Source: Octopus bimaculoides (taxonomy: Eukaryota). From it: DNA of 38,219 bases. This document shows, piece after piece, positions 21,482-35,559 of this stretch (positions are counted from its first letter, which is position 1; each line of letters opens with the position of its first letter). Made by a program: the position numbers and the translations under genes. The notes below the pieces were generated by a model that had not been told where the DNA came from, did not search any database, and saw only the letters and a program-made list of their open reading frames with translations. The stretch covers positions 5,638,567 to 5,676,785 of the forward strand of contig NC_069004.1 of assembly GCF_001194135.2 (NCBI RefSeq). The letters run 5' to 3'.

Positions 21482-21635
21482 AACGAAAGAAAAGAGAAGA
21501 AAATCCCTTCTTCGTTATCCAGAAATAATTCCATGTTCTTTAACTTTAGATTAAGTACCATTTCCCTTTTTTTTTTTTTTTTTTCCAAAATATTTCAAAA
21601 TATTCTTAAAATATAAACCTCTATATATTTATATA

Positions 21636-21666
<31 letters not shown>

Positions 21667-22247
21667 GGGAGAATATACAAATAATAACAACAGACGAGGA
21701 CAGGTGGTCTAAATAACAAAAGTAGTGTGTATATATATGTATATATATACATTTTTTTGTTTCACTAATTGGTTTNNNNNNNNNNNNNNNNNNNNNNNNN
21801 NNNNNNNNNNNNNNNNNNNNNNNNNNNNNNNNNNNNNNNNNNNNNNNNNNNNNNNNNNNNNNNNNNNNNNNNNNNNNNNNNNNNNNNNNNNNNNNNNNNN
21901 NNNNNNNNNNNNNNNNNNNNNNNNNNNNNNNNNNNNNNNNNNNNNNNNNNNNNNNNNNNNNNNNNNNNNNNNNNNNNNNNNNNNNNNNNNNNNNNNNNNN
22001 NNNNNNNNNNNNNNNNNNNNNNNNNNNNNNNNNNNNNNNNNNNNNNNNNNNNNNNTAATGCACCATAGCCACAACCACCACCACCACCACCACCACCACT
22101 GTCAACCCTCTTCTCAATTCCGTATTTCCCCTTCCCACCCTCTCTGTTATCCTTTCTCTTCTTCTTCTCTCTCTCTCACACTCATTCATTTTCATCCAGT
22201 TTACCAAAGTGGTTCTGTTTTCTTCATAGCTGCCATTCACCCAAACA

Positions 22248-22283
<36 letters not shown>

Positions 22284-22285
<2 letters not shown>

Positions 22286-22503
22286 GGAAGCGAGCTGGCA
22301 GAATCGTTAGCACGCCGGGCGAAATGCTTAGCAGTATTTCATCTGTCTTTACATTCTGAGTTCAAATCCCATCGAGGTCGGCTTTGCCTTTCATCCTTTC
22401 GGGGTCGATAAATTAAATACCAGTGAAACACTGGGGGGTCGATGTTTTCCACTAGTCCCCTTCCTACGAAATTTAAGGCCTTGTACCTATAGTAGAAAGA
22501 ATC
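22284..22503 (+). mobile_element. tRNA-derived SINE family A
   Basis: gagctggcagaatcgttagcac (A-box-like), gagttcaaatccc (B-box), body gctttgcctttcatcctttcggggtcgataaatt. Confidence 0.85.
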
Positions 22504-23002
22504 ATTTATAACTTTTTTTTTATTATTATTATTAACATCATCATCATCAGCATCACTATTCTTACTGTAATATTACAATATTACAACAGCAACAGAGAGG
22601 ACTTGCTTGTAGTAACTACTACTACTACTACTACTACTACTGTATTCCTATCTTACTATTGTTAGCGTTCGTTTCATTCAGTCATCTAAGAAACATACGC
22701 ACTCTCGTACACTACACACACACACACACGTAAAACTACACATGCCTGTACATAAACATGCACACATGTATATGTGCACACATGCATACGTACATACATA
22801 CATGTCGGGAGGAGAGTAAATGTTTACTGAAAATGAATTGTAAAATTAAGATAACGATCGAAGGTTATGGATTTTAATTACTCGCAAAGAATACGGAACC
22901 ACTCTCTATACCACACCTGTATCGCTATACTACAACACACACATTATATATATATATATATATACATATATGTGTATATATATATGTATACATACATGTC
23001 TG

Positions 23003-23035
<33 letters not shown>

Positions 23036-23037
23036 AT

Positions 23038-23245
23038 ATGGTGCTCCAGCATGGCTGCAGTCAAATTACTGAAACAAGTAAAAGAATATGTATGTTGCTG
23101 TGTAGTAAGAAATTTGCTTCCCAGCCACATGGTTCCAGGTTCAGTCCCACTGCGTGGCACCTTGGGCAAGTGTCTTCTACTATATAGCCTCGGGCCGACT
23201 AAAGCCTTGTGAGTGGATTTGGTCGATGGAAACCGAAAGATGTCC
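23038..23245 (+). mobile_element. SINE family B tail (23038-78) followed by a second head (23095-245)
   Basis: ggtgctccagcatggctgcagtc, then gtagtaagaaatttgcttcccagccacatggttccaggttcagtcccactg. Confidence 0.8.
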
Positions 23246-23571
23246 ACAGTATATATATACATATATANNNNNNNNNNNNNNNNNNNNNNNNNNNNNNNNN
23301 NNNNNNNNNNNNNNNNNNNNNNNNNNNNNNNNNNNNNNNNNNNNNNNNNNNNNNNNNNNNNNNNNNNNNNNNNNNNNNNNNNNNNNNNNNNNNNNNNNNN
23401 NNNNNNNNNNNNNNNNNNNNNNNNNNNNNNNNNNNNNNNNNNNNNNNNNNNNNNNNNNNNNNNNNNNNNNNNNNNNNNNNNNNNNNNNNNNNNNNNNNNN
23501 NNNNNNNNNNNNNNNNNNNNNNNNNNNNNNNNNNNNNNNNNNNNNNNNNNNNNNNNNNNNNNNNNNNNNNN

Positions 23572-23617
<46 letters not shown>

Positions 23618-23957
23618 TGTGTGTGTGTATGTATCTATGTATTTATATGTGTGCATGTCTGTGTGTCTTTGATGTGTTTACTTCCCTATAACTTAAGGAG
23701 TTTGGCAAAATGGTAATACCTAGTTAAGCACGGAATCGGAGTATTACCACTTTGGTTGATAACTGATGCAGAATTAGGGACCCTCTGTCTCTGTGTCCTG
23801 TCCGGTTGCACCTTCAAAATATGTGCACGTATTTTATGTCATTTATTTATAATGCATTTTATTTATTTATTAAGTAACGATATGCACACACCCGAATCTT
23901 CTAATAATAAGTCTATATATATATGTATATATATATATATAAGTCTATATATAAGTC

Positions 23958-24046
<89 letters not shown>

Positions 24047-24457
24047 TTATGTATGTATATGCGTGTGTGTGTGTGTTCATTCATTTGTTCAGAGGAACCA
24101 GCAGTCGGTTCTCCAAGTTTGGTAAATACTGTCTCAATTAAATCTCTCACCAGCTAATTTCTTTTCATCTAATCAAGCCAGTGAAGAACAATCTGTAACG
24201 CCAAAATACTCTGAGGAACCAGGGCAGTCTAGGCCAGTCCAGACTGTGGCCGGAATAGTATGTGATAGAATAGAATAGGGTAAGAAGTGAGATCATGCCA
24301 AGAAGCTATCCAACAATGGAAATTTAAGACCAGACTAGCCACAGCCAGAAACGCAAGCATGTTGCACACCTCTTCACGCTGTTCCTGCTAGCTCCATCTA
24401 ATACGGTGTGTCTAAATAAACGAGTACACAGTGCTGCTTGTGTGTGTGTGTGAGTGA

Positions 24458-24513
<56 letters not shown>

Positions 24514-25360
24514 CCATCTTAAGGAAAGAGNNNNNNNNNNNNNNNNNNNNNNNNNNNNNNNNNNNNNNNNNNNNNNNNNNNNNNNNNNNNNNNNNNNNNN
24601 NNNNNNNNNNNNNNNNNNNNNNNNNNNNNNNNNNNNNNNNNNNNNNNNNNNNNNNNNNNNNNNNNNNNNNNNNNNNNNNNNNNNNNNNNNNNNNNNNNNN
24701 NNNNNNNNNNNNNNNNNNNNNNNNNNNNNNNNNNNNNNNNNNNNNNNNNNNNNNNNNNNNNNNNNNNNNNNNNNNNNNNNNNNNNNNNNNNNNNNNNNNN
24801 NNNNNNNNNNNNNNNNNNNNNNNNNNNNNNNNNNNNNNNNNNNNNNNNNNNNNNNNNNNNNNNNNNNNNNNNNNNNNNNNNNNNNNNNNNNNNNNNNNNN
24901 NNNNNNNNNNNNNNNNNNNNNNNNNNNNNNNNNNNNNNNNNNNNNNNNNNNNNNNNNNNNNNNNNNNNNNNNNNNNNNNNNNNNNNNNNNNNNNNNNNNN
25001 NNNNNNNNNNNNNNNNNNNNNNNNNNNNNNNNNNNNNNNNNNNNNNNNNNNNNNNNNNNNNNNNNNNNNNNNNNNNNNNNNNNNNNNNNNNNNNNNNNNN
25101 NNNNNNNNNNNNNNNNNNNNNNNNNNNNNNNNNNNNNNNNNNNNNNNNNNNNNNNNNNNNNNNNNNNNNNNNNNNNNNNNNNNNNNNNNNNNNNNNNNNN
25201 NNNNNNNNNNNNNNNNNNNNNNNNNNNNNNNNNNNNNNNNNNNNNNNNNNNNNNNNNACTGTTACTGCCACCCTCACTGTTACTGCTGCTCCTGCCACTA
25301 CCACCACCGACACTACTATTACTACTATCACCATCAGCTTTACAATTACTGCTGCTGTTG

Positions 25361-25394
<34 letters not shown>

Positions 25395-25502
25395 ATGCTG
25401 CTTGTGTTGTATGCTGTGTGAGTGACTGATGAGGAGGAAGTGAGAGAAAGAATGAGAAAGAGAGAGAGAGAGACAAAGGGAGAAAGAGAAAGGGAAGCTG
25501 TA

Positions 25503-25533
<31 letters not shown>

Positions 25534-25731
25534 ATGTGTGTGTGTGTGTGTGTGTGTATTGCTTACTGCTGCTGTTGTTGTTGTTGTTCTTTTCTTACTC
25601 ATCTTATTGTTGTTAAGCAGTTCTAAAGGGACTGCTTAACAACTTCTCTCTCTCTCTCTCTCTTTCAACTCTTCAACTTTTATTTATTTATTTATTTATT
25701 CATTTTCAACAACACCATTTTATACATACAT

Positions 25732-25764
<33 letters not shown>

Positions 25765-26375
25765 CACTACAAACTTTATAATAGCTATATATGTATATAT
25801 AAAAACTTCAAGATATACACAAACACGCATATATAAATAATATATATACACACATATATATATAGATACACACACAGACTATTTTATTTCAATTTTCATT
25901 CTATTCTCTTGCAAGTCCCAAGTGCTCATTTATTTACAAAATAAATTTTAGATAACATACACACACATACACACTCATAAACACATGTGTATATAAAATA
26001 AAAGTACACTACACTTTGGATATGTATATATACAAGTCATTTTATTTGCACTAGTATGCATGCACACACACACACTCTCTCTCTCTCTCTATATATATAT
26101 ATATGTATATATATATGTGTGTGTAAATGTGAAATAAAGTTACACAAGACACATTGTATACACACACAATTTTATATACACCATCATTCACATGTATGTG
26201 TGTGTATATATACACATATATAAATTTAAGTATTACCAAAGAATCCTACCAAAAGTTTAAAATAATAGAAGGAAAAGAGAAGTTAACCAAGGAATAAAGG
26301 GGAGGAAAATATATGAATAAAAAAGAACCACTTGGGTCCCCACCACGACGACCACCACCACTACTGCCATCACCA

Positions 26376-26406
<31 letters not shown>

Positions 26407-26489
26407 TTCTGTATTCTCTTTCCTCTCCATCAGTTCCTTGTTTTCGCCTTCATCTTCCAACTTCATTTCAATCTGCCTCCTGATATTTC

Positions 26490-26498
26490 ACCTATTAC

Positions 26499-26530
<32 letters not shown>

Positions 26531-26862
26531 TCACTGCTGCTGCTGTTGCTGTCATGACTGCTGCTGCTGCTGCTGTTACTACCACCACTTCTACCTGACT
26601 ATTGCTGTTACCACCACCACTACTACTACTACTACTACCACCACCACCACCACTACTACTACTACTACTAACATTACATGTCCTGCATCAGTTGGAAGGA
26701 AGTCTAGTTAGTTCTCTATCACACACTGTGCCTGGTTTTTTTTTTCTTTTCTTTCACGAAAAAAAAATACACACACACACATATATACACACATATATAC
26801 ATACATATATTGATATATATATATATATACATATATTGATATATATATATATATTTATATAC

Positions 26863-26893
<31 letters not shown>

Positions 26894-27060
26894 CCCACCA
26901 AAGAAGAAATCAAAAACAAAAACGTCTGTGTAGTAGAAGTAGTAGTGGTGGTGGTAGTGGTGGTAGAGGTAGTTTTTACTACTACTACTACTACTGCAAT
27001 TGTTACTACTACTACTAGTTACTAGCCGTTGTTGTTGTTGTTGTTGTTGTTGTTGTCGAT
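26490..27060. repeat. Mixed (ACT)/(CTG)/(CCA)/(TA)/(GTT)n field
   Basis: Directly visible. Confidence 0.9.
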
Positions 27061-27389
27061 GTTGGAGTTGATCCTGGTGTTGTTTACCCCACAAATTTCC
27101 ATGCTATGAACAAGAAGGAGATGTGTGTACTGACTGGCTTAAAAATGTTAGCAAACAGCAGGAAAATTTTGCCTGGAAGCACAATGTTAAAAATGATAGC
27201 CGCAGTGGTAAGTTGATTAATTAATTAATTAATTAATTAATATATATATTTATATATAGATAGATATAATGTGTATATATTTTGATGATGATGATATATA
27301 TATAAATATGTGTGTGTGTGTGTTTATAATATGTGATGTTATATTTTCCTGTGTGATGCGGGTTGTATTCTATGATGTATGTGTGTGTA

Positions 27390-27449
<60 letters not shown>

Positions 27450-27765
27450 ATTTATGATGATGATGTGGTCATATTTTAGTATGTATGTGTGTGTCTATAT
27501 ATGTGTGTCTGTGTACTTGTGTATGATGTGATGTATTTTGATGTGTGGGTACAAGTGCGTGTATACATACATATATACATAATACATATATATATATATG
27601 CATGTGTTTGTGGTGTGTGTGTGTGTGTGTGTGTGCTTGCATTCTCTTTCAGAGTAACGGTTTATTAACTGGATATAATAATAATAATAATGGGGACATC
27701 AACATTAAAATTAACATGAGATCACAAAGAAATATACAAACATTATACACACTCACAAACATACA

Positions 27766-27814
<49 letters not shown>

Positions 27815-28018
27815 TCAAAAACATAGATATATGTTCATGTGTGTATGTGTGTGTGTGTGTATATATATGTGTATATAAGTGTGTACATGTGTATTTCATG
27901 TCCCAATGTTATAATTTCATTGTGTGACAAACACAAAGCACTTCACACAAATAACAAAGGAGAAAAAATAAAAAAACCTAAACTGACAAAAAAGACAGTT
28001 GCCTCTCTCCCATTATAC

Positions 28019-28060
28019 ATGTGCTCACTGAGTGTGTATATGCACACTCAGTGAGCACAT
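28019..28060. repeat. Perfect 18-bp inverted repeat, 6-nt loop
   Basis: atgtgctcactgagtgtg / cacactcagtgagcacat. Confidence 0.9.
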
Positions 28061-28288
28061 ATATACACTCACACACATATATATATATATATATGTATAT
28101 ATAAACAATTGGTTGTCCCGCTATCGTGCCGGCTTATATCTATTACTAATATTGCAACCTCTAGGCCTCTGGATGCCTTAATTACATGAGCCATGCTCTC
28201 TTTTTTTTGTGTGTGTACCAGCTGATGATCTCCCTGTCTCCCTCTCTTTATACACGTCTTTGTCCCTCTATCTCTCTCTCTCTATTTA

Positions 28289-28321
<33 letters not shown>

Positions 28322-28623
28322 CTATCTGTATGTCTCTCTGTCTATTACATCTATCCATTCATCTATCTTTTTATCTATATATCTTTCACCTCTTTACTTG
28401 TCTCTCTCCGTCTCTTCCTCTCTCTTTCTCTCTCTCTCTCTCTTTCTGTGCTAGTGATTTCCTTCCATTCCTGCCCGCACCCCACTGTCTCACATTTTGT
28501 CTTGGTGTCTTCTCAACCAGCCTGGCTGGCTGGCTGGCTGCCTGCCTACTTGTCTGTTTGTCTTCTAGTTTTACTTTCTTTTTGCTACACATGCTTATGT
28601 GTGTACGCACATGTCTGTGTATG

Positions 28624-28654
<31 letters not shown>

Positions 28655-28861
28655 GAGTGTGTATACATATATGTATGTGTGTGTATATGTATTTACGTAC
28701 ATGTGTATGTATGTGTGTGTGTGTATATATATATGTGCATACATTTATATATGCACATTTGAATGCACACAGCTTAGTTTCATTTCACCATCGCGGGGGA
28801 AAAGCTAAGCTGGGAAGATAACCTTCAGAGCTGAATTTTCTATATTGTGTGTGCGCACATG

Positions 28862-28896
<35 letters not shown>

Positions 28897-30229
28897 GTGT
28901 GTGTGTGTGTATAACTATAGACATACAATTACTATTGTTGTGTCTGTTTATGGATGTATAATATATAATTATATATATATATANNNNNNNNNNNNNNNNN
29001 NNNNNNNNNNNNNNNNNNNNNNNNNNNNNNNNNNNNNNNNNNNNNNNNNNNNNNNNNNNNNNNNNNNNNNNNNNNNNNNNNNNNNNNNNNNNNNNNNNNN
29101 NNNNNNNNNNNNNNNNNNNNNNNNNNNNNNNNNNNNNNNNNNNNNNNNNNNNNNNNNNNNNNNNNNNNNNNNNNNNNNNNNNNNNNNNNNNNNNNNNNNN
29201 NNNNNNNNNNNNNNNNNNNNNNNNNNNNNNNNNNNNNNNNNNNNNNNNNNNNNNNNNNNNNNNNNNNNNNNNNNNNNNNNNNNNNNNNNNNNNNNNNNNN
29301 NNNNNNNNNNNNNNNNNNNNNNNNNNNNNNNNNNNNNNNNNNNNNNNNNNNNNNNNNNNNNNNNNNNNNNNNNNNNNNNNNNNNNNNNNNNNNNNNNNNN
29401 NNNNNNNNNNNNNNNNNNNNNNNNNNNNNNNNNNNNNNNNNNNNNNNNNNNNNNNNNNNNNNNNNNNNNNNNNNNNNNNNNNNNNNNNNNNNNNNNNNNN
29501 NNNNNNNNNNNNNNNNNNNNNNNNNNNNNNNNNNNNNNNNNNNNNNNNNNNNNNNNNNNNNNNNNNNNNNNNNNNNNNNNNNNNNNNNNNNNNNNNNNNN
29601 NNNNNNNNNNNNNNNNNNNNNNNNNNNNNNNNNNNNNNNNNNNNNNNNNNNNNNACACATACATGATGATGATGATGATATATATATAGTATGTATATAC
29701 ACTTATGTATATCTATATATTCTTATACACACGAATTTATACATATATATCACTTTATGTGTGTGTGTATATATTTATATATATATGTGTGTGTCTGTCT
29801 GTCTTTATGTATATATATATATGCCTATATATATCATTATGGATGTTTAATGATAATAATAGTGTTATATGTGTGTGTATACATGTATGGATGTGTATGT
29901 GTGGGTGTGTGTATATATACATAGATTAGAAAGAGAGAGACATAGACATACATAATGTGTATTCAGACATACACGCACGCATATATGTATATGCACACAT
30001 GGATTCGTATGTGTGTGCACATATATATATCTATAAATAGATGTCTGTGTATGTATGTACATATAATATATACAATATATGCATGTATATATATATGTGT
30101 GTGTGTGTGTCTGCGTAAATCTGTTTCCCAACAGGCATGTGTATTGCAAAACAGCCCCTATAGTGCTTTCCCCATATAAAACAAAATAAAACGAAACTAA
30201 AGACTGCACCCAGTACACACTGTAGTGAA

Positions 30230-30415
30230 GTGTCTGATGCGAGGCAGGGAATCTGCGTTTAGAAAGGATGGTACAACACAGTAAGATATGGGCCTCCAAC
30301 CTGCCTTGGAGGGCCACCGACTGTGCGCCTGAAGACTGGACTCCAAAACTGCAATGACCTGTCCAACCTTATGCCTGTTATGGAATAATGTGCATAAAAC
30401 GATGATGATGATGAT
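30230..30415 (+). mobile_element. Probable LINE/SINE 3' end with (GAT)n tail
   Basis: Unique GC-richer sequence ending ccaaccttatgcctgttatggaat...aaaacgatgatgatgatg, resembling family C tails. Confidence 0.4.
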
Positions 30416-30574
30416 AATATTAAGTGTGTGTGTGTCTATATTCATACACACACACACGTCCAAATATAGCGCAGTTTATATATGTATATATACTACATGT
30501 ATGTATGTATATATATTCTTTTATTTGTTTTCACCCAAGCGGCTGCGGTCATGCTATAGCACCAAAAATTATAC

Positions 30575-30651
<77 letters not shown>

Positions 30652-30941
30652 GTGTGTGTATGTATAATTCATTTATAAGTTGCATTTTGTGCTTGATATG
30701 TATTCAGTATATTTGGTACTTCTGAAGCCAGCATGGGAAACAGATTTTAAATGATGGTGATGATGATGATGACGATGATATTTTTGAAATAGTGTGTGTG
30801 TGTGTGTGTACACATACATAGGCACATGCATATATTTCTTTTAAAGCCAGACAACATTGTCAGGATATCTGAAAGTACATGGGGCACCCATTTGTACTAA
30901 AATCATTATATCTTCTCCTTTAACAGTACCCTCAGATGCAT

Positions 30942-30976
<35 letters not shown>

Positions 30977-31060
30977 AACCTCATTTTCACTTTCTTTGAG
31001 AGAACTGATGGTGAAAAAAAGCCATGCTGTGGGCCAAGGAGTAAACTAACCACCTGCACA

Positions 31061-31105
<45 letters not shown>

Positions 31106-31140
31106 CCTCCCCCTCTCTNNNNNNNNNNNNCACCTGCACA

Positions 31141-31185
<45 letters not shown>

Positions 31186-31725
31186 CCTCCCCCTCTCTGT
31201 TTCTCTGTCTCCTTCCCTTCCTCCTTCATTGTACCAATATTGCTCTGTTCCTTCCAGTCTACTCTGCCAAATGTCCCTGCAGTCTGTCTTCTTTCAATGT
31301 CTCTGTCTGTCTGTCTGCCTGACTGCCTGATTGTTAGTGCTTTTTTTTTTTTTTCCAAAAATTTCTTCACCACACTTTTCTCTCCTTCCAAACTCTCCAT
31401 TTTAGTATTTTATTTTTCACCCAGTTTCTGTTTGTCTTCCTCTATCTCTGTCTATCTGTCTCTCTCTCTCTAAATATATACATACTCATATATTTGTGTG
31501 TCTATCTATCTATCTATCCATCCATCTATCCATCCATCCATCTATCTATCTATCCATCTATCTATCTATCTATCTATCTATCCATCTGTCCATCTATGTG
31601 TCTATCTATCCATCCATCCATCCATCCATCCATNNNNNNNNNNTATATATATACACACACACACAGAGATAGAGAGAGAAATGTTTTTTGCTATATATGG
31701 TTGAATATGAATGTATTTGTGTGTG

Positions 31726-31761
<36 letters not shown>

Positions 31762-31921
31762 TGTATACCTCATTTTGTAAAATTTTAATCAAAATTACTT
31801 GATTAACTGCAGTGAGTACGTTCATCATTAATATTTGTGTCATTAATATTTGTGTCAGTATATGTGTGTGTGCAACTTGCTTTCACTGTCACTTTCTCAC
31901 TCTTTCTGTATGTGTATTTAT

Positions 31922-32102
31922 ACTTGATAACCGATGCTGGTGTGTTTACGTCTCCGTAACTTAGTGGTTTGACGAAAGAGACCGATAGAATAAGTACTAG
32001 GCTTACAAAGAATATGTCCTGGGGTCGATTTGCTTGACTAAAAGGCGGTGCTCCAGCATGGCCACAGTCAAATGATTGAAACAAATAAAAGAGTAAAGAG
32101 TA
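31922..32102 (+). mobile_element. SINE family B, 3' half
   Basis: aaccgatgctggtgtgtttacg...gaataagtactaggcttac...ggtgctccagcatggcc. Confidence 0.8.
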
Positions 32103-32108
32103 AAAATA

Positions 32109-32190
<82 letters not shown>

Positions 32191-32946
32191 CATACATATA
32201 TATACACACATATATATATAATCCGTATATGTGAATTGCGTCTGTGTATTCCTTCTCATTTCTTTTCTGAAACTGCACTCATGCTGGGGGAACCATTGTA
32301 TGTGTGCGTTTATCTATCTTTCTTTCTTTTTCTGTCTGTCTGTGAGTCTCTTGACCCTTTTAACGGTCTGTATTCTAATTTAGGTATGAGTCTATTGCTG
32401 TTATGTGGCCACCACTGCAGAGCAGGCCACTCTTGAGTGTGGACTCTGTGTGTGAGAGAGAGAAAGAGAGACGGAATAATAAGGAGAATGAAGGGCCACT
32501 CCATTTCTTTTACCTTCAAAAACGATTACAGTTCCGTTTTTTGGTCAATGTGTTTAGCCCTGAGTTTTTTTTTTGAGAAGGATAACAGGCTGTCCCCGCT
32601 TCCCTTGATCACCAGATCTGTGATCAGATATATTTACAACCATGACCATCTCATCAATTTCCACCCCTACCCCCCACCACACTAACCTCCTTTTCAGAAA
32701 CAAGTTTAATATTCAAGGGAAATTTGACTGCTATTTCTAGCAGGTTGATCCATCCTGTAAAGACTTCTAAGATGGTTTGCAAATCTTGTTTCTATTGTTT
32801 AACCCTAGTTCAACTCTGATTCTCTGATTCAATATATCTGTGATCATGGAAATTCCCGCCCATGGCCATCCAGTCTGTATCACCTGTCAAGGACTATATT
32901 AACCCCTGCAGTTTTCTGACTGACCACCTATATGTTCCCTTGTGTG

Positions 32947-33109
32947 TTATTTCTACTTCTGTTGATAACTGGATGCAATTTTAGGGAGATTTGGCTGTTA
33001 TTTTTTAATGGGCCATTTGACCATGTGTATTATTTCTACTTCTATTGATAACTGGATGCAATTTGAGGGAGATTTGGCTGTTATTTTTCAATGGGCCATT
33101 TGACCATGT
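32947..33109 (+). repeat. 83-bp tandem duplication, 2 copies
   Basis: ttatttctacttct...gggccatttgaccatgt starts at 32947 and 33030; 3 substitutions. Confidence 0.9.
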
Positions 33110-33231
33110 AATGTCTCTCTTCACAAAAATATTGCAATTTATTTATAAATTCAAGATTTATTTGTTCCTTTTTTTTTTTACAATATTTCTGTTAGAAAAC
33201 ATCACGTTTATTTTAATTAATTTTGAAATGG

Positions 33232-33325
33232 AACCTGGTGCAGCTAGCTCTCTGGCTCACCAGTTCCTGTCAAACCGTCTAACCCATGCCAGCATGGAAA
33301 GCGGACATTAAATAATGATGATGAG
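33232..33325 (+). mobile_element. SINE family C 3' end
   Basis: ctgtcaaaccgtctaacccatgccagcatggaaagcggacattaaataatgatgatg. Confidence 0.75.
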
Positions 33326-33364
33326 GAATTTAGCAAAATAACTTTGTCATTATTAATCTGGTGT

Positions 33365-33590
33365 AAGATAGCAAGCCTGCAGAATCGGTAGCATGCTGGG
33401 CAAAATGCTTAGCAGTATTTTCATTTGTCTTTATGTTCTGAGTTCAAATTCCACCGAGGTCGACTTTGCCTTTTATCCTTTCTGGGTCGATGGAATAAAT
33501 AAGTAACAGCTAAGCACCGGGGTTGGTGTATTCAACGTAATCTTCCCCCCAGAAATTGCTGGCCTTGTGCCAAAAATGTGAAACCATTAT
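33365..33590 (+). mobile_element. tRNA-derived SINE family A
   Basis: Same head and body as 22284-22503. Confidence 0.8.
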
Positions 33591-33619
33591 TGAGCTGAAG
33601 TTTGGAATATAAATTAATA

Positions 33620-34390
33620 TGGAAATCCCAAAAACCACAAGATAATTCCTGATTAATTCAAAACAAATAAGCATTAAATCTCATTAAATCTCACTGAGTA
33701 ATCTGAGCATTAAAGGGTTAGAACATGATTCTCTTATCATAGACCTAAGGTGGCTCTCTGGCATTTTGCAGCCGAAATGATTTAAACCTCTAGTATAGAA
33801 ACTGGCTAGATCTGTCCCAAATGTTCTACCCAGTTCAAATGTTCAAACGAATCATATCCAGCCTCTTTCATCTACCCTACAATATCATTCTAAAAATAAT
33901 CATGTCATTGAAATCTCAAAGGTATGAGATAATGTGTGATTAATTAAAAACAATGTGAATAAAAAAGCATTACATTGGACAGAGTAACTGGAATGCTAAA
34001 GGGTTGGAACATGATTTTTTTTACCATAGAACCTAAGATTGGTCTCTTGTATCAATTGATTTTAAATATAACAAAGAATTTAGTGAAGTAACTTAGTTAT
34101 CATTAAGCTAGTGTTAGAAACATAAATTGTGAGTAAGGTTTGGTAGAAGATTTTAATTCAAAACTTACGAAAACAAGGCATTTGTACTACAGAGCCAAAG
34201 CTAGTTTCAGCCGGGTTGGTATCAAAAGGGTTAAACCCTTTTGTATTTAAACCAGCTGCATCTAATTCAAATATTCTATTTGTTTTATGTTAAAACTGGA
34301 CAGATCTGGCCTCTCACACCAACCTTACAATATCATTCTAAAACTAAACAATCACATTGAAATCTCAAAGCTACAGGATAATGCATGATG
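33620..34390. mobile_element. Cluster of piggyBac-like MITE fragments
   Basis: Ends of type taaagggtta (33711), taaagggtt (33997) and aaaagggttaa-acccttt (34225-41), i.e. TTAA-CCCTT termini; internal homology to 2744-2918. Confidence 0.5.
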
Positions 34391-34489
34391 ATGTGTTTGT
34401 GTTTGTTCCACTCACCACATGACAACTGGTGTCGGTTTGTTTATGTTCCTGTAACTTAGCAATTCCGCATAAGTTCCATTGTCTATTTT

Positions 34490-34600
34490 GAGGTGGTTTC
34501 TACAGTCAGATGTCCTCCCTAACGCCAACCACCTCACAGAGTGCACTGGGTGCTTTTTATGTGGCACCTACATCAACCCAGTCACCAAGTAATTTGCAAG
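34490..34600 (-). mobile_element. SINE family C fragment
   Basis: ggtttctacagtcagatgtcctccctaacgccaaccacctcacagagtgcactgggtgc. Confidence 0.6.
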
Positions 34601-35274
34601 ACAACATACACACACACACATTCATATGGGGTGGGGTAAGTTTTTAATATTTTCACTGCCCCATTTCCAGATGGTGTTCATACAGTATAAGACAGTGCCT
34701 TTCCTGTACATGTATACACACATATAAATACACACACACACACACAGGGATACACACTAACACATACATATATATAAAACTAAGCAACAGATGGAACCTA
34801 CTTACCTTGCTTCGGTTTGAAGATTGACCGTCCCTGTATGTGTGTGTGTGTGTATACACAGATAATCATGTCTACAATTGTATACATGTGTTTGTGGTAT
34901 TTTGAGTGCGTGCGTGTGTATAAAATACAGGAAACATAGTATTTTGTATTTTATAAAACATTCACGTGTTTTGATGAATTACTGCTAGGATTACATAACT
35001 ACTTGTTGAAACATAAAATCTTTTTAAAAGCACCTCCTCAGTGTTTAGCAAACTGATATATTTGTGTGTACATTTAGAATGTGGCTGAATAAGTGTCATG
35101 TATATATGTGTCTGCAGATGTATATAAATGTTTCAATAGCTGTGTGTATGCAGAAATATTATACATGTCTGTATGTGTGTATGTAAAGGCTTGTATAATC
35201 TAGTTAGTGTTATTTATATCAAGTATGAAGTACATATAATTTTCATATAAATGCATTAATGGGTGACAGACATG

Positions 35275-35430
35275 GTCTGGTGGTTAAGAAGTTTGTCTTG
35301 TCATTGCAACATCTTGGGTTTGATTTGCATTGCATCTTGGGTAAATTTTTTGTTTATTTATTTTTTTTACCTTAAGCCTTCGTTTGGGTGATTCCAATCT
35401 TTGAAGTGAAATTTGGTTGGCAGAAACTGC
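35275..35430 (+). mobile_element. Degenerate SINE family B-like head
   Basis: tggttaagaagtttg...gggtttgattt...gaagtgaaatttggttggcagaaactg. Confidence 0.45.
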
Positions 35431-35559
35431 ATGGAATCCCATTGGATTATTTATGGATTCACTTCGATTTTGGTTGAAGATTATTGCATCAAGGATGTGC
35501 ATGTCTGAGGAGTACTCAACCACAAGCGGATTGTATCTCTACCTCAAAGGACTAGATTT

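Noticed and set aside
24206-24261. Hammerhead-like fragment atact-CTGAGGA-...cagtct/agactg...-GGAAT-agtat
   Set aside because: Stem I and a stem II are present, but GAAA, stem III and the NUH triplet are missing. Could be a decayed relic or chance; not callable.
31051-31198. 68-bp direct repeat flanking gap 31119-31130
   Set aside because: Identical copies either side of a short gap; typical unmerged contig overlap.
34800-34836. Perfect minus-strand donor AAG|GTAAGT with a possible 28-nt microexon
   Set aside because: No polypyrimidine tract, length not a multiple of 3, and one such 9-mer is plausible by chance in a window this size.
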